Shown one piece after another: positions 57,707-64,000 of a stretch of 64,000 nt of DNA. The position numbers were made by a program, and so were the translations under genes. The notes under the pieces are model-generated. The model was not told the DNA's origin, searched no databases, and was given only the letters and a program-made list of their open reading frames with translations. Location: the NCBI GenBank assembly GCA_965232515.1, contig CBDDPY010000002.1:6368001-6432000 (forward strand), given 5' to 3'. The stretch's first letter is position 1. The number at the start of each line of letters is the position of its first letter. This stretch comes from Alphaproteobacteria bacterium (GTDB lineage: Bacteria; Pseudomonadota; Alphaproteobacteria; GCA-2731375).

Positions 57707-58918
57707 TCAGGACACGGCCGGATTCGGTGAGCGGAACAGCACCGATACGGCGGCGGTGATCAGCAATGCCAGGCAGGCGATCAGCGCCGCGTCGTAGCCG
57801 CCGGACAAGTCGCGCAGCCAACCAAGCAGGCCGGGCCCGAACGCGAACGTGTACTGATTGATGGCGAGGATAAGGCTGACGATGCGCCCGAAATGCGCGG
57901 TTGGAAACTCGGCCTGAACGATCAGCGGCGGGAAGGTGATCATATTGCCAACGCCAAGGCCGAAGAGCGCGCAGTAGACGTAGAGCAGCGTCGGGTCGGG
58001 GTAGAGCAGCATCAGCCCGATGGCGAACGTCTGCAGGACGAAGTTGCCGCAGGCGGCCAGGCGTTTGTCGACGGAATCGACGAACATGCCCATGGCCAGC
58101 CGGCCGACGACGGCGGCGGCGGTGGTGATGCTGATCGCGAGCGCGGCCCCGCCGGCGCCAAGCGTCGGGCCAAGATAGGCTGCCTGGTGCGTCAGAAAGC
58201 CGACCTGGGCCATCAGCCCGAGGGCGAACGGCACCGAGATGGACCAGAAATTCAACCGTCCGAACAGGCTCGCCCGCCGTAGCGGCGTCGCCGGCGGCAA
58301 TGTGCCGCTTGGCGAGGCGGCGGCCGGTTGTCCATCTGGTCGCAGACCGAGATCGTCCGGTCGCCTGTACACCCATAGCCAGACCGGCGGCAGCAGCAGG
58401 ATCAGCATGCCGGCCGCCGCAATCTGCATACCGCCGGTAAAGCCGACCTCTGCGATCAGGAAAATCAGAACCGGCGCGATCACGACGCCGCCGCAACTGG
58501 CGCCGTTCAAGGCCAGGCTGATGGCAAGACCCCGTTTTCGCTCGAACCACGGCGCGACAATCAGATTGATTGCCGCGCCGCCCAGGCAGGCCCAACCGAG
58601 GCCCATGACCAGAAAGGCGGCGAACACCATCCAGGGCGCGCTAACAGCGGCCAGGCCGGTGACGCCGACGGCCATGGCTACGGCGCCGGCCGTCACCATA
58701 GCGCGCGGTCCGAATCGCTCAAACAGGTCGCCGGCGTAGATCGTGATCGTCGCGCCGACCAGATAGTAAAAGGTAATCGCCGACGCGATGGCGGCGATAT
58801 CCCAGCCGCGCGTCTCGGTCAGCGCGGCGAGATAGATGCCCGGCCCATAGAAGCCAAGACCCCAGCCGCAAAGCGCGACGATGAATGCGGCGGCAACGAC
58901 TTTCCAGCCGTGAAACAT
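57707..58918 (-). CDS. MFS transporter
   Basis: About 12 TM segments, GDLFERFGPR motif A, WFERKRGLA. Confidence 0.9.
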   Translation of the reverse strand: MFHGWKVVAAAFIVALCGWGLGFYGPGIYLAALTETRGWDIAAIASAITFYYLVGATITIYAGDLFERFGPRAMVTAGAVAMAVGVTGLAAVSAPWMVFAAFLVMGLGWACLGGAAINLIVAPWFERKRGLAISLALNGASCGGVVIAPVLIFLIAEVGFTGGMQIAAAGMLILLLPPVWLWVYRRPDDLGLRPDGQPAAASPSGTLPPATPLRRASLFGRLNFWSISVPFALGLMAQVGFLTHQAAYLGPTLGAGGAALAISITTAAAVVGRLAMGMFVDSVDKRLAACGNFVLQTFAIGLMLLYPDPTLLYVYCALFGLGVGNMITFPPLIVQAEFPTAHFGRIVSLILAINQYTFAFGPGLLGWLRDLSGGYDAALIACLALLITAAVSVLFRSPNPAVS

Positions 58919-59045
58919 GCGAGACCGTTCAGGCAGGACGGCAATACCGCCGTCGGATTTCCGTGCCGGCAGTATCGAACGCGCCGCCGCGGCTGTCTCG
59001 CCGCATGCGGACACGGTCGTCGGTGGTGGGGACGATAGGGGCGGG

Positions 59046-59930
59046 CTAGACCTGGAAGCGGCAGCGGTCGCCGCTGGCGACGATGCGGCCCGCGGTCGGC
59101 GCGGCGAAATGCGCCGCCAGCACGGTCACGTCGCGTTCGGCATGGTGATCGACGAATTGCCGGCGCGTCGCGCGCGACATTTCGGGGTCGTGACAGAAGC
59201 GGCTGTTCCACTCCGGATACATGGCCTGGATCGGATGGTGCATCAGGTCGCCGCTGAACACCGCCTCGCGGCCGCCGGCGGCCATCCGGATGGCGACGTG
59301 ACCCGGCGAATGGCCGCGCGTGTCGTCCAGCCAGAAGGTATCGTCGAGACTATGGCCGTTGTCGACCAGGACGGCCTGACCGGCTTCCATCACCGGCAGC
59401 ACGCTGTCGGTGAAGCAGCCGTCGCTGCCACCGCTGCCTTGGCCGTCCTGCGGCGCTTCCTCCACGGCCTGCCAGTGCGCGTACTCGTCCTTGTGAAAAA
59501 GGTACTTGGCGTTCGGGAAGGTCGGGACCCAGCGGCCGTCGAGCAGCCGGGTGTTCCAGCCGACGTGATCCACATGCAGATGCGTGCACATCACGTAGTC
59601 GACCTCTTCCGGCGCCACGCCCATGGCGCCCAGATTGTCCAGCCAGGGCGTCTGCAACTGATGCCACGGTTTCGTCGACGGCCGGTTCTTGTCGTTACCG
59701 ACACAGGTGTCGATCAGAATCGTGTGCTTCGGCGTGCGCACGACATAGCTGTGCACGCTCATGATCAGCCGGCCGGTCTCGGGGTGGTGAAAGTGCGGCA
59801 ACAACCAGTCGCGCTCGGCCGCCAGGATCTCTTCGTCGGAATCCGGTATCAGAAAGCCGGGGAAAAAGCCGGGGCCTTCCGCCTCGACCAGGCGCTGGAC
59901 GGTGACGTCGCCGAATCGCAGTTCTTTCAT
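59046..59930 (-). CDS. MBL-fold metallo-hydrolase
   Basis: THLHVDHVG (HxHxDH), GHSPGH, SGDLMHH. Confidence 0.9.
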   Translation of the reverse strand: MKELRFGDVTVQRLVEAEGPGFFPGFLIPDSDEEILAAERDWLLPHFHHPETGRLIMSVHSYVVRTPKHTILIDTCVGNDKNRPSTKPWHQLQTPWLDNLGAMGVAPEEVDYVMCTHLHVDHVGWNTRLLDGRWVPTFPNAKYLFHKDEYAHWQAVEEAPQDGQGSGGSDGCFTDSVLPVMEAGQAVLVDNGHSLDDTFWLDDTRGHSPGHVAIRMAAGGREAVFSGDLMHHPIQAMYPEWNSRFCHDPEMSRATRRQFVDHHAERDVTVLAAHFAAPTAGRIVASGDRCRFQV

Positions 59931-59948
59931 GGCGCCAACTCTAGAACA

Positions 59949-61085
59949 CTACATGACCACGATGCGCGGCGGTTTCCGGGCGCCCCCGGCATTCCGAGCG
60001 TCGATTCTTTCGGCGACCATGGCGGCAACCTCGAGATAGGCCTTAGCCTGCGGCGAATCGGGCTGCGTGGCGACGATTGGCGCGCCGGCGTCCGAGGTCT
60101 CGCGAATCGCCATGTGCAGCGGCACCTCGCCGAGGAAGTCCATGCCGAGCTCGGCCGCCGTCTGGCGGGCGCCGCCATGGCCGAAGATTTCCGACCGCTC
60201 GCCACAGTTCGGGCAGAGGAAATAGCTCATGTTCTCGACCAGGCCGAGGACGGGGATTTCGACCCGGCGGAACATGTTCAGGCCCTTCCGGGCGTCGATC
60301 AGCGCCACGTCCTGCGGCGTCGAGACGATGATGGCGCCGGTCACGGCGATGCGCTGCGAGATCGTCAGCTGGGCGTCGCCGGTGCCGGGCGGCATGTCCA
60401 GGACAAGCACGTCGAGCGCGCCCCAGCGGACGTCGCGCAGCATCTGTTCGAGCGCGCTCATCACCATGGGGCCGCGCCAGATCATCGGCGTATCTTCCTC
60501 GACCAGGAAGCCGATCGACATGCAGACCAAGCCGTAGTTGCGCATCGGATCCAGCTTGTCGCCATCGCTCTGCGGCTTGCCGGAAATGCCCAGCATGCGG
60601 GGGATCGACGGCCCGTAGATATCGGCGTCGAGGATGCCGACCCGCAGGCCGAGCTGCGACAGGCCGAGCGCGATATTGACCGCCGTCGTCGATTTGCCGA
60701 CGCCGCCCTTGCCGGAAGCGACGGCGATGATTGCGCCGACCTCCTCCATCTCCAGCCGGCCGCCGCCGACCGCCGGCCGCTGGCCGGATTGCTGCTGCTG
60801 TTGCTGCGGCGGTGGGGGGGCCGCTGCAGCGCTCGCGCTGTGCGCCGTCATCACGGCGCTGACGGAAAGAACGCCCGGCAACGCGTTTACGGCATCCTCG
60901 CAGGCCTTGCGCAGCGGCTCGAGCTCGGGCCCGCGGCTTGGGTCCACCTCGACCATGAATCCGACATTGCCGTCCTTCACCGTCAGCCCGCCGATCATGC
61001 CGAGCGCGACCACGTCTTCGCCCCGATCCGGGTCTCGCACGGCCTTCAGGGCCTCCAGAACCTGGCTTTCACTCACCCGGGCCAT
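59949..61085 (-). CDS. mrp: Mrp/ApbC Fe-S cluster carrier ATPase
   Basis: SGKGGVGKST, DADIYGPS, WRGPM, DMPPGTGD, CPNC. Confidence 0.95.
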   Translation of the reverse strand: MARVSESQVLEALKAVRDPDRGEDVVALGMIGGLTVKDGNVGFMVEVDPSRGPELEPLRKACEDAVNALPGVLSVSAVMTAHSASAAAAPPPPQQQQQQSGQRPAVGGGRLEMEEVGAIIAVASGKGGVGKSTTAVNIALGLSQLGLRVGILDADIYGPSIPRMLGISGKPQSDGDKLDPMRNYGLVCMSIGFLVEEDTPMIWRGPMVMSALEQMLRDVRWGALDVLVLDMPPGTGDAQLTISQRIAVTGAIIVSTPQDVALIDARKGLNMFRRVEIPVLGLVENMSYFLCPNCGERSEIFGHGGARQTAAELGMDFLGEVPLHMAIRETSDAGAPIVATQPDSPQAKAYLEVAAMVAERIDARNAGGARKPPRIVVM

Positions 61086-61305
61086 GTCATATTTCCCCAA
61101 AAAAGATCGTTTTCCCCAATCGCCGACAGGTCCCGGACCCCGGAAATCCGCGCTTGCGCGCATTGCGCGGACGGAGCAGGTGTCATATAAACCGCGCGAG
61201 CAAGATCGGGCATCCGATGTATTTGCCTAATCAACGACGTATATAGCCTATATATAGCCTGGACAGTCAGGCACGACAGCCGAGAAGAACAGGAACGGAT
61301 AACGG

Positions 61306-62439
61306 ATGCCTTGGAGCAATCAGGGCGGTGGATGGCAGGGCGGCGGCGGTAACCGCGGACCGTGGGGCCAGGGACCGTCCGGCGGCGGTCAGCCGCCAAA
61401 TCTCGAAGAAATTCTGCGCAAAGGCCAGGACCGCTTCAAAGGCATGGTGCCTGGCGGAAAATGGGGCTCCAAAGGTTTGTTGCTGGGCCTTCTGGTCATT
61501 CTCGCAGCCTGGATGTTCAGCGGATTCTACCGGGTGCAGCCGGACGAGCAGGGCGTGGTCCTGCGATTCGGCGAGTTCGTGCAGACGACCCAGCCCGGTT
61601 TGAACTATCACCTGCCGTCCCCGATCGAGTCGGTGCTGACCCCCAAGGTCACGCGCGTCAACCGCATCGATGTCGGGTTCCGCAGCGCCGGCGAGTTCGG
61701 TCGGCCGGGCTCGGCGCGGGACGTGCCGGAAGAGAGCCTTATGCTGACCGGCGACGAAAATATCGTCGATATCGACTTCGCCGTGTTCTGGCAGATCAAC
61801 AATGCCCGCAATTATCTGTTCAATATCCAGCAGCCCGAACGCACGGTGAAGGCGGTGGCCGAGAGCATGATGCGCGAGGTCGTCGGTCGCAGCCAGATCG
61901 ACGACGTGCTGACTGAGGGTCGCGAGCAGGTCGAGGTCGAAACCCAGGAAGCTATGCAGACCACGCTCGACGAGTATGGCGCCGGCATCCTGATCACGCA
62001 GGTGAAGCTGCAGAAATCGGACCCGCCGGCGCAAGTCATCGATGCCTTCCGCGACGTCCAGGCGGCGAACGCCGACCAGGAGCGGATGCGCAACGAAGCC
62101 CAGGCCTACGCCAACGACATCATCCCGCGGGCCCGCGGCGAGGCCGAGCAGATCCGTCAGGATGCCGAGGGCTACCGCGAGCAGGTCGTCGCCGACGCCG
62201 AGGGTGAGGTGGCGCGCTTCCTGTCGATCTACGACGAATACCGCCAGTCGAAGGATGTCATCCGCGAGCGGATCTATCTCGAGACCATGGAGAATGTGCT
62301 CGGCGGTATGAACAAGATCGTTATCGACAGCAACCAGGGCGGCTCGGGCGTGGTGCCCTATCTGCCGCTCAACGAGCTGCAGCGGAACAGCGGGCCGCGG
62401 GAAGGCGGTACGCAGAGCAACACCGGGACGCGACAATGA
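61306..62439 (+). CDS. hflK: FtsH modulator HflK
   Basis: MPWSNQGG..PWG, SPFH domain, MLTGDENIV, AFRDVQAA, VVPYLPL. Confidence 0.96.
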   Translation: MPWSNQGGGWQGGGGNRGPWGQGPSGGGQPPNLEEILRKGQDRFKGMVPGGKWGSKGLLLGLLVILAAWMFSGFYRVQPDEQGVVLRFGEFVQTTQPGLNYHLPSPIESVLTPKVTRVNRIDVGFRSAGEFGRPGSARDVPEESLMLTGDENIVDIDFAVFWQINNARNYLFNIQQPERTVKAVAESMMREVVGRSQIDDVLTEGREQVEVETQEAMQTTLDEYGAGILITQVKLQKSDPPAQVIDAFRDVQAANADQERMRNEAQAYANDIIPRARGEAEQIRQDAEGYREQVVADAEGEVARFLSIYDEYRQSKDVIRERIYLETMENVLGGMNKIVIDSNQGGSGVVPYLPLNELQRNSGPREGGTQSNTGTRQ

Positions 62440-63311
62440 CCCAGAACAAACTTGCCATTCTCGGCGCCATCCTCGGCGTTTTGGGGATCGTCGCCTACAC
62501 ATCGATCTACACCGTCCACGAAACCCAGCAATCGCTGCTGCTGCAGTTCGGTGAGCCGATCAAGATCGTTCAGGAGCCGGGCCTGCAGTTCAAGCTGCCC
62601 TGGCAGAACGTCGTGCTGCTGGAAAAGCGCATTCTCGATCTCGACGCGCCGGCGGAAGAGGTTATCGCCTCGGACAAGAAGCGTATCGTCGTGGATTCCT
62701 ATGCGCGGTTCCGGATCGAGGACCCGCTGCGCTATTTCCAGACCGTGAACAACGAGGACGTCGCCCGCTCGCGCCTGTCGAATATCATCAACTCGAACCT
62801 GCGGAAGGCGCTTGGTACCGTCGAGTTGCAATTCGTGCTGTCGGGTGAACGCGGCGATCTGATGCGCCGGATCAGCGACGACGTCAATATCGAGGCCGGC
62901 AAGCTCGGTATCCGTATCATCGACGTCCGCATCAAGCGCGCCGATCTGCCGGAGGCGAACAGCCAGGCCGTATTCCGGCGCATGCAGGCGGAACGCGAGC
63001 GTGATGCGCGTGAAGCCCGCGCCCGCGGCGCCGAGCAGGCGCAGAAGATCCGCGCCGAGGCGGACCGGCAGCGCACGGTGCTGTTGGCCGAGGCCCGCAA
63101 GCAATCCGAGATCCTGCGTGGCGAGGGCGATGGCCGGCGTAATCGCATCTTCGCCGATGCCTTTTCGCGCGATCCGGAGTTCTTCAGCTTCTACCGCACC
63201 ATGCAGGCCTATGGACGGTCATTGAATGCCGATGACACATCGCTCGTCCTGTCGCCGGACAGCGACTTCTTCCGGTATTTCAACAATATCGGCGGGAGCG
63301 GCAGCCCCTAG
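62436..63311 (+). CDS. hflC: FtsH modulator HflC
   Basis: SPFH domain, DKKRIVVD, DVRIKRADLP, RMQAER, DPEFFSFYR. Confidence 0.96.
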   Translation: MTQNKLAILGAILGVLGIVAYTSIYTVHETQQSLLLQFGEPIKIVQEPGLQFKLPWQNVVLLEKRILDLDAPAEEVIASDKKRIVVDSYARFRIEDPLRYFQTVNNEDVARSRLSNIINSNLRKALGTVELQFVLSGERGDLMRRISDDVNIEAGKLGIRIIDVRIKRADLPEANSQAVFRRMQAERERDAREARARGAEQAQKIRAEADRQRTVLLAEARKQSEILRGEGDGRRNRIFADAFSRDPEFFSFYRTMQAYGRSLNADDTSLVLSPDSDFFRYFNNIGGSGSP

Positions 63312-63413
63312 GGTGCCCGCCTTCCGCTGGCGGCCCGTGGCTGTGTCCGATGCGACCGAGCGGCGGGCCGGTCTGCCGGCGCGGGATAGGCCTGGCGGTC
63401 AGGCGAGGCCGGG

Positions 63414-63608
63414 ATGAATGCGTTTGTGCTGGCGATCGCACTCGTGTTGGTTATCGAAGGCGCGGTTTATGCGCTGGCGCCGGCGTTCATGAAGCAAATG
63501 ATGGCCGAGCTCATCAAGCGGCCCGACGAACAGCTGCGCATGGTCGGGTTTGGCATGGCGACGGCCGGCGTCGGGATCATATGGGCTGTCGACCACTGGT
63601 CGCGCTGA
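63414..63608 (+). CDS. DUF2065 small membrane protein
   Basis: ALVLVIEG..YAL.P, LR..G; usual position after hflC. Confidence 0.85.
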   Translation: MNAFVLAIALVLVIEGAVYALAPAFMKQMMAELIKRPDEQLRMVGFGMATAGVGIIWAVDHWSR

Positions 63609-63790
63609 CGAAGGTCGCACGGCTTCTCCATGAGGCAATTTTTCGTTATTGCCATAATTCGCGCACATTTTTCGGCCACATCACGACGACTGGAGCTATG
63701 CTTGAAAGGCTCCGGTCTTGGGACTAATTGTGTTGGCGAACGGCGGCGTCCGATGAGACGCGCCGGTCATCGTCGTCAAGGAGAAATCTC

Positions 63791-64000
63791 GTGAGAGAGA
63801 TAAGCACGAAGCAACGGGGTTTTAACCGGGCCGCCGCCCGGCAGCGGGTGGTCGATTGGCGCTGGCATTCGACGCTGGTCCTCGTCGCGGCGTGTATCTT
63901 CGCGATGTTGACCGCGTCGGCATTCGCGCGTTCGGCGCCGGAAAGTTTCGCCGATCTCGCGGCCGAGCTGTCGCCGGCGGTGGTGAATATCTCGACCACG
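63791..64000 (+). CDS. DegP/DegQ (Do) serine protease, 5' part only
   Basis: GTG-started frame with signal peptide then APESFADLAAELSPAVVNISTT; usual position after hflKC-DUF2065. Confidence 0.85.
   Translation, partial: MREISTKQRGFNRAAARQRVVDWRWHSTLVLVAACIFAMLTASAFARSAPESFADLAAELSPAVVNISTT

Noticed and set aside
58917-61190. Long antisense or alternative-frame ORFs (e.g. 58917-61190, 40688-42991, 11829-13946, 34594-36171, and the 5' parts of 21079-23322 and 49461-50648)
   Set aside because: Shadow ORFs of real high-GC genes with no recognisable motifs.

Overview
High-GC alphaproteobacterial chromosome segment, probably Rhodospirillales-like. The assignment rests on the two-piece tmRNA, the alpha-type LexA and CtrA boxes and the long-linker FtsZ. 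It runs from the dcw cluster (ftsW-murG-murC-murB-ddl-ftsQ-ftsA-ftsZ-lpxC) through bamD-recN-ligA, pepP, prmA and uvrD, assorted metabolic genes, asmA, fumC, a class I fumarase, sspB, ssrA and thyX, to mrp and hflK-hflC-DUF2065-degP (partial). The most notable region is a three-gene RNA-repair operon (RlaP/YcgL-like nucleotidyltransferase, Hen1, Pnkp; 28956-33741). It is preceded by a structured leader containing a short ORF, a candidate antiterminator and a strong intrinsic terminator, which suggests translation-sensing attenuation. A second translation-sensing candidate is an 8-codon uORF that base-pairs over the initiation region of a yjhX/topAI-like gene (47633-48006). Also seen: a 1-nt frameshift in ligA (probably a sequencing error), an orphan RusA-like nuclease, an uncharacterised Cys/His-rich protein near a CDF transporter, and a 58-bp inverted repeat. 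All calls come from motif recognition and by-eye base pairing; no database searches or folding programs were run.
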